Source of the DNA: Flavobacterium sp.
GTDB lineage: Bacteria > Bacteroidota > Bacteroidia > Flavobacteriales > Flavobacteriaceae
Length of the DNA: 64,000 nucleotides
Assembly: GCA_008501705.1 (NCBI GenBank)
Contig: QQUG01000022.1
Location: forward strand, 922 to 64,921
Direction of reading: 5' to 3'
Shown here: positions 17,763 to 27,287 of the stretch, one piece after another
Numbering within the stretch: position 1 is the stretch's first letter
How the letters are laid out: every line of letters starts with the position of its first letter
Position numbers and translations under genes: made by a program
Notes under the pieces: generated by a model
The model's database searches: none
Told to the model about the DNA's origin: nothing
The model's input: only the letters and a program-made list of their open reading frames with translations

Positions 17763-18839
17763 ATGAAACGCAGTTTAGCTTATATCGCACTATGTTGTCT
17801 CCTGGTATTTTCATGTACCACCGATCAGGATGACAGTATTGATGGGTATACGGCTACCCCACTGGAATTGAATATTCCACCTCTGTTTGCCGAAAAGATC
17901 CTTCCTCCGGTTATCCCGGAAAACAATCCGCAATCTGTTGAAGGCGTGGCCCTGGGTAGAAAGTTATTCTTCGATAAAAAGCTATCTGCAGATAATACCT
18001 TAGCCTGTGCCGGGTGTCACAGCCCGGCCAGTGCTTTTTCAGACCCGCGACAGTTTAGTGTGGGTATTGATGGAATGGCAGGCACGAGAAATTCCATGCC
18101 TTTATTCAACCTGGCCTGGAATTATAACGAACTTTTCTTTTGGGATGGTCGCGCAGCATCGATTGAAAACCAGGCTTTATTTCCTGTTATCGATCCTATC
18201 GAAATGCACAATACCTGGCCTGAGGCTGTCAATACTTTACAGGCAGACCCCGAATATCCTGCCTTGTTTGAAGCTGCCTTCGGAACCCAAAACATAGACT
18301 CGACCCTGGTAACCAAGGCCATCGCACAGTTTGTTAGAACACTTATTTCGGGAAATTCTAAATTTGACAGGTATCTGGCAGGCACAGAACAATTAACCCA
18401 ATCTGAACTGAACGGACTAAATGTTTTCCTGGATGAAAATAGGGGTGATTGTTTTCACTGCCACGGAAATCCTAATAACCCGCTGTGGACAGACAATATC
18501 TTCCATAACAATGGTCTGGATGAAACACATATAGATCGCGGTCGTGGTATAGTAACCGGAGATCCCAGAGAATTTGGCACCTTTAAAACTCCAAGCCTGC
18601 GAAATCTTGCGTACACCGCACCATATATGCACGATGGTAGATTTAACACCCTTGATGAGGTGATCGACCATTATAGTGAGGGACTTGTTTATTCTGAAAC
18701 TATAGATCCCCTGATGAAAAAAGTAGACGAAGGAGGTGTGGGACTCACGCCAGAAGATAAAGCCGATTTAAAGGCCTTTCTACTTTCTTTATCAGATCCC
18801 AGCTTTATTTCCAATCCCGATTTCCAGGATCCAAACTAA
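17763..18839 (+). CDS. mbnH: Diheme cytochrome c peroxidase superfamily lipoprotein, MbnH/MauG-like
   Basis: Two CxxCH motifs (CAGCH 18006-18020, CFHCH 18450-18464); LGRKLFFD, FFWDGRA, FKTPSLRN and APYMHDG...EVIDHY (Tyr at the distal ligand position); lipobox VFS-C. Confidence 0.82.
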   Translation: MKRSLAYIALCCLLVFSCTTDQDDSIDGYTATPLELNIPPLFAEKILPPVIPENNPQSVEGVALGRKLFFDKKLSADNTLACAGCHSPASAFSDPRQFSVGIDGMAGTRNSMPLFNLAWNYNELFFWDGRAASIENQALFPVIDPIEMHNTWPEAVNTLQADPEYPALFEAAFGTQNIDSTLVTKAIAQFVRTLISGNSKFDRYLAGTEQLTQSELNGLNVFLDENRGDCFHCHGNPNNPLWTDNIFHNNGLDETHIDRGRGIVTGDPREFGTFKTPSLRNLAYTAPYMHDGRFNTLDEVIDHYSEGLVYSETIDPLMKKVDEGGVGLTPEDKADLKAFLLSLSDPSFISNPDFQDPN

Positions 18840-18957
18840 GGCCGTTAAATATCTGCCGGAAACCCCTTAAAACCCTAAGGCTGTTAATTATTACTTAAAA
18901 CTATCCAGCCATAGGCGTAAATTGTATTTCCTCTATGGTTAAAAACGGCTTTTAACG

Positions 18958-18991
18958 TATATTTGCAACCTAATTTAGAATTAATCTATTT
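18958..18991 (+). promoter_or_regulatory. suf promoter: -7 element TATATTTG (18958-18965) and a downstream palindromic operator-like box ATTTAGA-N5-TCTATTT (18973-18991)
   Basis: Exact TAnnTTTG match. The TAGA-N5-TCTA core is a perfect inverted repeat between the promoter and the sufA start. Confidence 0.5.
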
Positions 18992-18995
18992 AGAG

Positions 18996-19325
18996 ATGAT
19001 CAAAGTAAGCGAACAAGCTAAAAGCAAAATTTCCGAGCTGATGACAGACGAAGGTTTTGCTGTTGACCAGGATTTTGTGCGTGTTGGAGTAAAGAGCGGA
19101 GGATGTTCGGGCCTGTCTTATGAGCTAACTTTCGATAAAAAATTAGGAGACGAGGATAAGATGTTCGAAGATACACCCGTAAAGATCGTAGTGGATAAGA
19201 AGAGCTTTCTCTACCTGGTAGGAACCACCCTGGAATACAGTGGTGGTCTTAATGGAAAGGGATTTGTCTTTAACAATCCAAATGCTAACAGAACTTGCGG
19301 ATGCGGAGAGAGTTTCTCTTTATAA
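18996..19325 (+). CDS. sufA: A-type Fe-S carrier (IscA/SufA/HesB family)
   Basis: [12 protein letters not shown] and RTCGCGESF motifs; the start was moved to ATG 18996. Confidence 0.93.
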   Translation: MIKVSEQAKSKISELMTDEGFAVDQDFVRVGVKSGGCSGLSYELTFDKKLGDEDKMFEDTPVKIVVDKKSFLYLVGTTLEYSGGLNGKGFVFNNPNANRTCGCGESFSL

Positions 19326-19344
19326 TTATTGCAGAAAAAGAACC

Positions 19345-20793
19345 ATGGGAAAATTTACCGAAGACGATTTAAAGAAAGAACTGGAAACCAAGGAATACGA
19401 ATATGGTTTCTACACTGATATTGCTTCAGAAACATTTCCTGCCGGCCTTAATGAAGAAATCGTAAGAGCGATTTCCCTAAAAAAGGAAGAACCGCAATGG
19501 ATGACCGATTGGAGACTGGAGTCTTTTCGCTTGTGGAAGGAAATGGTCGAGCCGGAGTGGGCCAATGTTCGCTACGAAAAACCGGATTTCCAGGCAATTT
19601 CATATTATTCGGCTCCTTCAAAGAAGCCAAAATACGATAGCATCGATGAGGTAGACCCGGAATTGCTCGATACGTTCAACAGGCTGGGAATTTCTCTTGA
19701 AGAACAAAAAAAATTAGCGGGGGTGGCTGTAGATATCGTTATGGACTCCGTTTCGGTAGCAACTACCTTTAAAGAAACCCTGGCAGAAAAAGGCATTATT
19801 TTTTGCTCTATTTCAGAAGCAATTAAAGAACACCCCGAACTTGTAAAAAAATATATTGGTTCTGTAGTTCCCCAAAAGGACAACTTTTACGCAGCACTAA
19901 ACAGCGCTGTTTTTAGTGATGGGTCCTTTTGCTACATACCTAAGGGCGTACGATGCCCCATGGAACTATCTACTTACTTCCGTATAAACCAGGCAGGAAC
20001 GGGACAGTTTGAACGTACCCTCGTAATTGCAGATGAAGGAAGTTATGTAAGCTACCTGGAAGGGTGCACAGCCCCTTCAAGAGATGAAAATCAATTGCAC
20101 GCTGCTGTAGTAGAACTGGTAGCACTGGACGATGCCGAAATTAAATATTCTACGGTACAGAACTGGTATCCGGGAGGTAAGGACGGTAAAGGAGGGGTAT
20201 ATAACTTTGTTACCAAGCGTGGCCTGTGCGAAAAAAATGCAAAAATATCCTGGACTCAGGTGGAAACGGGAAGTGCCGTTACATGGAAATATCCCAGTTG
20301 CGTATTGAAAGGTGATAATTCTATTGGAGAATTCTATTCGATCGCGGTAACGAACAATTACCAGCAGGCCGATACAGGTACTAAAATGATCCACCTTGGA
20401 AAGAATACCAGAAGCACAATTATTTCGAAAGGTATTTCAGCAGGAAAATCACAAAATAGCTATAGAGGCCTTGTGAAGATTAGTCCGAGAGCCGAAAATG
20501 CCCGTAACTTCTCACAGTGTGATTCGTTACTTATGGGGAATAATTGCGGTGCTCATACCTTCCCGTATATAGAGGCCAGTAATAAATCTGCGAGGATCGA
20601 ACACGAAGCCACAACGAGTAAGATTGGAGAAGACCAGATATTTTATTGCAATCAGCGCGGTATCGATACCGAAAAAGCTATTGCTCTTATTGTAAATGGT
20701 TTTAGCAAGGAGGTTCTTAATAAACTTCCTATGGAATTTGCGGTTGAAGCACAAAAATTATTAGAAATAAGCCTTGAAGGTTCAGTTGGATAA
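19345..20793 (+). CDS. sufB: Fe-S cluster assembly scaffold SufB
   Basis: [46 protein letters not shown] and [13 protein letters not shown]. The track start (19240) overlaps sufA; ATG 19345 is preferred. Confidence 0.97.
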   Translation: MGKFTEDDLKKELETKEYEYGFYTDIASETFPAGLNEEIVRAISLKKEEPQWMTDWRLESFRLWKEMVEPEWANVRYEKPDFQAISYYSAPSKKPKYDSIDEVDPELLDTFNRLGISLEEQKKLAGVAVDIVMDSVSVATTFKETLAEKGIIFCSISEAIKEHPELVKKYIGSVVPQKDNFYAALNSAVFSDGSFCYIPKGVRCPMELSTYFRINQAGTGQFERTLVIADEGSYVSYLEGCTAPSRDENQLHAAVVELVALDDAEIKYSTVQNWYPGGKDGKGGVYNFVTKRGLCEKNAKISWTQVETGSAVTWKYPSCVLKGDNSIGEFYSIAVTNNYQQADTGTKMIHLGKNTRSTIISKGISAGKSQNSYRGLVKISPRAENARNFSQCDSLLMGNNCGAHTFPYIEASNKSARIEHEATTSKIGEDQIFYCNQRGIDTEKAIALIVNGFSKEVLNKLPMEFAVEAQKLLEISLEGSVG

Positions 20794-20808
20794 AACTAAA
20801 AAATAACA

Positions 20809-21243
20809 ATGAAAAAAATCTTTTATTTATTACTGATCGCAACTATTACATTCTCTTGTAATAATTCTGAAAAGAAAAACGGTGAGAACCCGGATGATTC
20901 TACCGAAGTCTCCGCACAAGGCGGCGGTAGTGTAGTGGACGTAAGAATGCCTGTTTACAGAGGTGAGATTATCTTTACCGATGAAGCAGCCGTGCTGAAA
21001 GGTAAAAACTTTGTTTACGGGGTGGTAATAGATACGGTTGCCCGTGAATTGGCCGCCAGAGTAGCACCGATCAAGAAGGATGAGTTCGATATGGTCCCGG
21101 TGGTAGTATCGGGCATAGTTTCACCCAATCCTGCCCTCTCTGAAGGTGAAGAAGGCTGGGAGGAAGTGATCACCATAAAAAATATACTGAATGTGAGCGC
21201 GAAGCCCGCAGAGGCAGATGTTAAAATTGAAGACAATAACTAA
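20809..21243 (+). CDS. Uncharacterized lipoprotein within the suf operon (NlpE C-terminal OB-like)
   Basis: Lipobox TFS-C; YRGEIIFTDEAAVL...VPVVVSG...EG resembles the NlpE_C pattern, judged by eye. Confidence 0.65.
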   Translation: MKKIFYLLLIATITFSCNNSEKKNGENPDDSTEVSAQGGGSVVDVRMPVYRGEIIFTDEAAVLKGKNFVYGVVIDTVARELAARVAPIKKDEFDMVPVVVSGIVSPNPALSEGEEGWEEVITIKNILNVSAKPAEADVKIEDNN

Positions 21244-21244
21244 G

Positions 21245-21997
21245 ATGTTAGAGATAAAAAATTTACACGCGAGTGTTGAAGAGAAGAATATCCTTAACGG
21301 GGTAAATCTGGATGTAAAGGCCGGTGAAGTTCATGCCATTATGGGCCCAAACGGGTCTGGAAAAAGCACACTGGCGTCTGTTATAGCTGGGAAAGAGGAG
21401 TTTGAGATCACTAAGGGAGACGTACTTCTGGAAGGCGAGGATATCACCGAACTGGATCCCGAAGAACGCGCCCATAAAGGGGTCTTTCTATCCTTTCAGT
21501 ACCCGGTAGAGATTCCCGGTGTGACGGTTACAAACTTTATCAAGACGGCGATCAATGAATCCCGTAAAGCACAGGGGCTGGAGGACATGCCGGCTTCAGA
21601 AATGCTTAAAAAGATCAAAGAAAAAGCCGATCTGCTAGAGATAGATCGTAAGTTTTTATCACGATCCCTGAACGAAGGTTTTTCAGGTGGTGAAAAAAAG
21701 AGAAATGAGATCTTCCAGCTGGCAATGATGGAACCAAAATTAGCCATCCTGGACGAGACAGATTCCGGACTCGATATCGACGCACTGAAAGTTGTCGCCA
21801 ACGGTGTGAATAAACTAAGGAACAAAGACAATGCTGTGATCGTGATCACTCACTATCAGCGACTATTGGATTATATAGTTCCGGATTTTGTGCATGTTCT
21901 TATGGATGGCCGAATTGTAAAATCGGGACCTAAAGAACTGGCGTACGAACTGGAAGAAAAAGGATACGACTGGATCAAGGAAGAAGTTAAGGCCTAA
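21245..21997 (+). CDS. sufC: Fe-S cluster assembly ATPase SufC
   Basis: Walker A MGPNGSGKST, RSLNEGFSGGEKKRNE, LDETDSGLDIDAL and ITHYQRLL; start at ATG 21245. Confidence 0.97.
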   Translation: MLEIKNLHASVEEKNILNGVNLDVKAGEVHAIMGPNGSGKSTLASVIAGKEEFEITKGDVLLEGEDITELDPEERAHKGVFLSFQYPVEIPGVTVTNFIKTAINESRKAQGLEDMPASEMLKKIKEKADLLEIDRKFLSRSLNEGFSGGEKKRNEIFQLAMMEPKLAILDETDSGLDIDALKVVANGVNKLRNKDNAVIVITHYQRLLDYIVPDFVHVLMDGRIVKSGPKELAYELEEKGYDWIKEEVKA

Positions 21998-22019
21998 AAG
22001 CCTGAATGAAGGACAGCTT

Positions 22020-23333
22020 ATGAATTTGAAAAACAAATTATTATCCTCTTATATCGCATTCGAAGATCATCTCGAAGCAGACTCCCCTATTTACGACTTA
22101 AAGAGCAAGGCTATTAAGATCTTTGAGAATGAAGGGTTCCCGTCTAAAAAAATGGAGGATTGGAAATACACCTCTCTCAATTCCCTGTTAAAAACAGATT
22201 ACAGCCTGTCACCGAAGAAGGATCACGCTGTCGAATTTAAGGATGTAAAGCAGTATTTCCTGCATGATATCGATACTTACAAAATTGTATTTGTCGATGG
22301 TGTTTATAATTCTTTTCTTTCTGAAACAACTCACGACAAGATGGATGTATGCCTGCTGTCTGCAGCTCTCAGCAAACCGAAATATAAGCCTGTAATTGAG
22401 GCCTATTTCAATAAAGTTGCCGGGAAAGACAGCCTTACATCCCTGAACACTGCTTTTGCCCGTGAAGGTGCATATATCTACATTCCGAAGCATAGGGAAG
22501 TGGAAAAACCTATAGAGGTGATCAATTTCGCAACAGGGAACGAGGCCGCGCTGATGCTACAACCTCGTAATCTTATCATTGTTGGTGAGAATGCTCATGT
22601 TCAAATAATCGAGAGGCATCAAAGTCTTTCCGAAAATGCGGTCTTTACCAATTCGGTTACAGAGATATTTGCCGAAAAACGTGCCTATGTGGATTACTAT
22701 AAGATCCAGAACGACAAAGCGAATGCTTCCCTGATAGACACTACTTTTATTTCACAGGAAGAACAAAGTAACTGTAGGGTGCACACCTTCTCTTTTGGAG
22801 GAAAAATGACAAGGAATAACCTTAATTTCTACCAAAGAGGGGAACGATGTGATTCTACGCTTAAAGGGATCACTATTCTTGAAGGCAAGCAACATGTAGA
22901 CCATAATACCCTGGTAAACCATATCGAGCCCAATTGTGAAAGCCATCAAGACTACAAAGGGATTTTCGGGGACTCCTCCACAGGGGTGTTCAACGGCAAA
23001 GTGGTTGTCGAGAGAGAAGCTCAGAAAACTGATGCTTTTCAGCAGAATAACAACATCCTGATAGACGACAAGGCTACGATAAATGCTAAACCTCAACTGG
23101 AGATCTTTGCGGACGACGTGAAATGTTCGCATGGATGTACCATTGGGCAACTGGACGAAGAAGCCTTATTTTATCTTCGCTCTCGGGGCATAGGGAAAAA
23201 GGAGGCCAGGGCGTTGCTTATGTACGCTTTCGCCAATAATGTTCTGGAAAGTGTAAAGATCCCTGAACTTAAAAGGCGTATCAATAAATTGATCGCTACC
23301 AAGATTGGAGTTCATCTTGGGTTCGACCTTTAA
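22020..23333 (+). CDS. sufD: Fe-S cluster assembly protein SufD
   Basis: EDWKYTSL, GVFNGKVVV, KPQLEIFADDVKCSHG and LFYLRSRGI. Confidence 0.96.
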   Translation: MNLKNKLLSSYIAFEDHLEADSPIYDLKSKAIKIFENEGFPSKKMEDWKYTSLNSLLKTDYSLSPKKDHAVEFKDVKQYFLHDIDTYKIVFVDGVYNSFLSETTHDKMDVCLLSAALSKPKYKPVIEAYFNKVAGKDSLTSLNTAFAREGAYIYIPKHREVEKPIEVINFATGNEAALMLQPRNLIIVGENAHVQIIERHQSLSENAVFTNSVTEIFAEKRAYVDYYKIQNDKANASLIDTTFISQEEQSNCRVHTFSFGGKMTRNNLNFYQRGERCDSTLKGITILEGKQHVDHNTLVNHIEPNCESHQDYKGIFGDSSTGVFNGKVVVEREAQKTDAFQQNNNILIDDKATINAKPQLEIFADDVKCSHGCTIGQLDEEALFYLRSRGIGKKEARALLMYAFANNVLESVKIPELKRRINKLIATKIGVHLGFDL

Positions 23334-23354
23334 CGCATTACAATAGATATCCGG

Positions 23355-24572
23355 ATGGCATTAAATGTAACTCAAATACGAGAAGATTTCCCCATACTTA
23401 AGCGCGAGGTGAATGGAAAGCCGCTGGTGTATCTTGACAATGCTGCAACTTCCCAAAAACCGAAACAAGTAATAGATAGTATATCCCACTATTACACTCA
23501 CTATAACGCCAATATTCATAGGGGAGTTCATACCCTTTCCCAGGAAGCCACCGATGCCTATGAACAGGCCAGAAAAAAAATACAAAAGCATTTTAATATC
23601 GCCCATAGTCACCAAGTGATCTTTACTTCGGGAACCACAGATGGTATCAACCTGGTTGCTAATGGTTTTTCTTCTTTTCTGAAAACCGGCGACGAGGTCC
23701 TGGTTTCGGCCATGGAGCATCATTCCAACATAGTTCCCTGGCAGATGCTTTGCGAAAGAACCGGTGCTCAGCTGAAAGTGATCCCTATGAGTGAAGAAGG
23801 AACACTCATTCTGGACACGTATGATAATTTACTCACCGAAAAAACCAAACTGGTTTTTGTGAACCATATTTCGAATGCTCTTGGAACCATCAACCCGATA
23901 AAAGAAATAATTGATAAGGCACATAGGCACGGGGCGGCAGCTTTGGTTGATGGTGCACAGTCCTGCTCTCATATAAAACCGGATCTACAAGAACTGGATG
24001 TAGACTTCTATGTTACCAGCGCTCATAAAATGTGTGGGCCAACCGGGGTGGGCATGTTATACGGTAAAGAAGAGTGGTTGCAAAAATTACCTCCTTACCA
24101 GGGCGGCGGTGAAATGATCGCCGAAGTAACATTCGAAAAGACCACCTATGCAGACCTGCCGCATAAATTTGAAGCCGGAACTCCTAATATTGCAGGGGGA
24201 ATAGCTTTTGGCACAGCGATTGACTATTTAAACGAAATAGGTTTCGATGCGATCGCTCAGTATGAATCCGAACTGTTAGAATATGCCACCGTGGAATTAT
24301 TGAAAATTCCAGGACTGCGAATCTACGGAACGGGTAAAGAAAAAACATCCGTAATTTCCTTCAACCTTGAAGGGATACATCCCTACGATGTAGGGACCAT
24401 ACTGGACAAGCTGGGTGTCGCTGTAAGAACAGGGCATCACTGTGCCCAGCCAATAATGGATTTTTATAAGATCCCGGGAACGGTAAGGGCTTCTTTCGCT
24501 TTTTACAACACCATGGAAGAAGTGGACGCCTTGGTGAATGCTGTTCGAAAAGCCCAAAATATGTTGAGCTAA
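23355..24572 (+). CDS. sufS: Cysteine desulfurase SufS
   Basis: YLDNAATSQKP, SAHKMCGPTG (PLP Lys), FEAGTP and RTGHHCAQP (catalytic Cys). Confidence 0.96.
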   Translation: MALNVTQIREDFPILKREVNGKPLVYLDNAATSQKPKQVIDSISHYYTHYNANIHRGVHTLSQEATDAYEQARKKIQKHFNIAHSHQVIFTSGTTDGINLVANGFSSFLKTGDEVLVSAMEHHSNIVPWQMLCERTGAQLKVIPMSEEGTLILDTYDNLLTEKTKLVFVNHISNALGTINPIKEIIDKAHRHGAAALVDGAQSCSHIKPDLQELDVDFYVTSAHKMCGPTGVGMLYGKEEWLQKLPPYQGGGEMIAEVTFEKTTYADLPHKFEAGTPNIAGGIAFGTAIDYLNEIGFDAIAQYESELLEYATVELLKIPGLRIYGTGKEKTSVISFNLEGIHPYDVGTILDKLGVAVRTGHHCAQPIMDFYKIPGTVRASFAFYNTMEEVDALVNAVRKAQNMLS

Positions 24573-24635
24573 ACACAGAAATTAAATAAGGCCGAAGATT
24601 TATAGTATCTTCGGAATACACAAAATAACAGTATT

Positions 24636-25064
24636 ATGAAAACACTAATCTCACTCTGTATCGCCGCTACCTTTTTTATTAGCTGCGATGAAACTAAAAA
24701 AGTGATCGATACTGCCGGTAATGTCCAATTAGCCGGTACATATACAGTAACCATCCTAGGTGATGAATTGGTCTCCCAGAACCCGCCCAGCATCTCATTT
24801 ATGGCTTACGATAAGACCGTAAAGGGAAATACAGGATGTAATTCGTTTTTCGGAAGTTATACCCTGGACCTCTATGCCTTGTCTTTTTCAGACATAGGAT
24901 CTACCGAGATGGCCTGTGAAGAACCTATAATGACCAATGAGAATCAGTTTTTACAAGCCTTGAGAAATACAGGATCATATTCAATCGAAAAGAATGTCCT
25001 CACTCTATTCTCAAGGAACGACAGAAGTATATTATTGAAAGCACAGAAAGAAGTAACCCAATAG
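24636..25064 (+). CDS. META-domain (HslJ-like) lipoprotein
   Basis: Lipobox FIS-C; GNTGCNSFFGSY and STEMAC are META signatures. Confidence 0.85.
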   Translation: MKTLISLCIAATFFISCDETKKVIDTAGNVQLAGTYTVTILGDELVSQNPPSISFMAYDKTVKGNTGCNSFFGSYTLDLYALSFSDIGSTEMACEEPIMTNENQFLQALRNTGSYSIEKNVLTLFSRNDRSILLKAQKEVTQ

Positions 25065-25074
25065 AATTTCTGGT

Positions 25075-25500
25075 ATGAGCATCGCAGCAATACAAGAAGA
25101 ATTAATAGATGAATTCTCCCTTTTTGAAGATTGGATGGATAAATACGAACATCTTATCCAGCTTGGAAAAACACTGCCATTGATAGACCCTCAACACAAA
25201 ACCGACGATAAACTTATCAAAGGCTGTCAAAGTAAGGTGTGGCTGGATGCTTCCTTAAAGGAGGGTAAGGTGATCTTTACCGCCGATAGTGACGCTATTA
25301 TCACCAAGGGGATTATTGCCGTTCTTATCCGTGTGTTCTCGGGGCATAGCCCAGAGGAGATTACGGCGGCCAACACAGATTTCATCGATGAGATCGGACT
25401 GAAGGAACACCTGTCACCTACCCGTGCAAATGGATTGGTGTCTATGATAAAACAAATGAAACTATATGCTGTGGCTTTTCAGGCGCAGCTAAAGAAATAA
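25075..25500 (+). CDS. sufE: Sulfur acceptor SufE
   Basis: LIKGCQSKVW (conserved Cys), ADSDAIITKG and HLSPTRANGL. Confidence 0.95.
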   Translation: MSIAAIQEELIDEFSLFEDWMDKYEHLIQLGKTLPLIDPQHKTDDKLIKGCQSKVWLDASLKEGKVIFTADSDAIITKGIIAVLIRVFSGHSPEEITAANTDFIDEIGLKEHLSPTRANGLVSMIKQMKLYAVAFQAQLKK

Positions 25501-25503
25501 ATA

Positions 25504-25830
25504 ATGAGCACTACCGAAATTGATACTACCGAATTAGGTGAGAAAATAGTAAAGGTCCTAAAAACGATCTACGATCCGGAGATCCCGGTCGATATTTATG
25601 AACTCGGTTTAATCTACGATGTATTTGTGAATGAAGACCTGGAAGTAAAGATCCTCATGACACTCACCACGCCCAATTGCCCTGTAGCAGAATCACTGCC
25701 ATTGGAAGTAGAAGACAAGGTTAAGTCTATAAAGCTGGTGAAGGATGCCGAAGTTGAGATTACCTTCGATCCGCCCTGGAGTCAGGACCTGATGAGTGAA
25801 GAAGCCAAATTGGAATTGGGAATGCTATAA
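25504..25830 (+). CDS. sufT: DUF59/SufT Fe-S assembly protein
   Basis: IYDPEIPVDIYELGLIY, MTLTTPNCP and FDPPW. Confidence 0.9.
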   Translation: MSTTEIDTTELGEKIVKVLKTIYDPEIPVDIYELGLIYDVFVNEDLEVKILMTLTTPNCPVAESLPLEVEDKVKSIKLVKDAEVEITFDPPWSQDLMSEEAKLELGML

Positions 25831-25841
25831 TAAATGCAGCT

Positions 25842-27275
25842 ATGTCGAAAGCAGGAATTGACGCCATATCATTTTATGTACCTCCCTTGTATGTTCCTAT
25901 GCAGGATCTCGCTGAAAAGCGGGATATTCCCTACGAAAAACTTCGAAGAGGTCTTGGTCTGGAAAAAATGGCGATCCCCGATATCAACGAAGATGCTGCA
26001 AGTTTTGCAGCCAATGCCCTGCTTAGCCTTATACGCGACAACGAAATTGATCCCACTCAAATTGGACGAATTTACCTGGGGACCGAAAGTGCGGTGGATG
26101 GCTCAAAACCTACAGCTACGTACGCAATTGAGGTTGTAGAAGATATCTTGTCTGCCCAATGGGGTGACCGATGCTTCAAAAACTGTGATGTGGTAGACCT
26201 CACTTTTGCTTGTGTGGGTGCGGTAGACGCCATGCATAACTGCCTGGACTGGGTTGAAAATGGCGTAAACAGAAAAGCGGCGGTGATCGCTTCCGATCTG
26301 TCTAAATATGAACTTCACTCCACAGGCGAATACACCCAGGGAGCTGGAGCTGTTGCAGTACTCCTCACCAAGGATCCATCCCTGATCGCAATGAGTTCGA
26401 ACTGGGGTGTGGCAACAAAAAGTGTAGGCGACTTTTTTAAACCCAGACGCTATTTTAATAAACAACAGTTGGCTAAAGAGCTGCTACAGCAGCTAAATGG
26501 CAATTATTCGGATGAAGAATTGAACAAACTTATTACCAGCACCGATTCCGGATTTTGGAGCGAGAAGAACGAACAGGTGGAGTTGTTCAAAGAAGAGCCG
26601 GTTTTCGACGGACAATACTCTAACCAGTGCTATAGTGACCGCGTAACAGAAGCTCTTGAGCATTTTAACGAACAATCCACAACCAATTTTCTTCACGACT
26701 GGGATTATCTTGTCTTCCATTTACCTTATGCATATCACGGACGAAGAATAATATTCACAAATTGGCTCGAATGGATTGAAGCCGATGGCCGGATGGATGA
26801 ACTTGTGCAGGAAATCGGTCCACAATCAGACGACAGGAAAACCTGGGAGCGTCTGGCGAGCAAATCGGCTATGTACCGCGAATTTGTAAACTCCCGGATA
26901 GAAAAGGGAGAACGCGCCTCTTCTTTAATAGGAAACATGTACACAGCATCGATCTTCATGGCATTACTTAGCCTGTTAAGAAGCTCTTATAACAGTAAGG
27001 AAGAACTTTCAGGAAAGAAAGTTGGGTTTATCGCCTACGGCAGCGGTTCGAAATCGAAAGTATTTGAAGGCACCGTTCAGAAGAAATGGAAAGAAAAAAT
27101 TGCAACCGTCGATATCTTCGAAATACTCGACAATCGTACTGCTATTGATGTTGAATTATACGAAAAGATCCATAGCAGGGTACAGCAAACTCCGGTTTAT
27201 GAAAATGCGGGAGTTGCGTTAAGTGAGATCGAAACAGACAATGAGAATACCAAAGGCCTCAGAAAGTATTCATAA
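25842..27275 (+). CDS. mvaS: Hydroxymethylglutaryl-CoA synthase
   Basis: GTESAVDGSKP (Glu), FACVGA (catalytic Cys), EYTQGAGAVA, FHLPY (His), GNMYTAS and YGSG. Confidence 0.88.
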   Translation: MSKAGIDAISFYVPPLYVPMQDLAEKRDIPYEKLRRGLGLEKMAIPDINEDAASFAANALLSLIRDNEIDPTQIGRIYLGTESAVDGSKPTATYAIEVVEDILSAQWGDRCFKNCDVVDLTFACVGAVDAMHNCLDWVENGVNRKAAVIASDLSKYELHSTGEYTQGAGAVAVLLTKDPSLIAMSSNWGVATKSVGDFFKPRRYFNKQQLAKELLQQLNGNYSDEELNKLITSTDSGFWSEKNEQVELFKEEPVFDGQYSNQCYSDRVTEALEHFNEQSTTNFLHDWDYLVFHLPYAYHGRRIIFTNWLEWIEADGRMDELVQEIGPQSDDRKTWERLASKSAMYREFVNSRIEKGERASSLIGNMYTASIFMALLSLLRSSYNSKEELSGKKVGFIAYGSGSKSKVFEGTVQKKWKEKIATVDIFEILDNRTAIDVELYEKIHSRVQQTPVYENAGVALSEIETDNENTKGLRKYS

Positions 27276-27287
27276 GTACACCAAAGC

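Noticed and set aside
19240-19344. 35-aa N-terminal extension of SufB (and similar extensions for SufA, SufC, DUF2752, DUF3108)
   Set aside because: They overlap upstream genes or promoters; downstream ATGs match the family N-termini.
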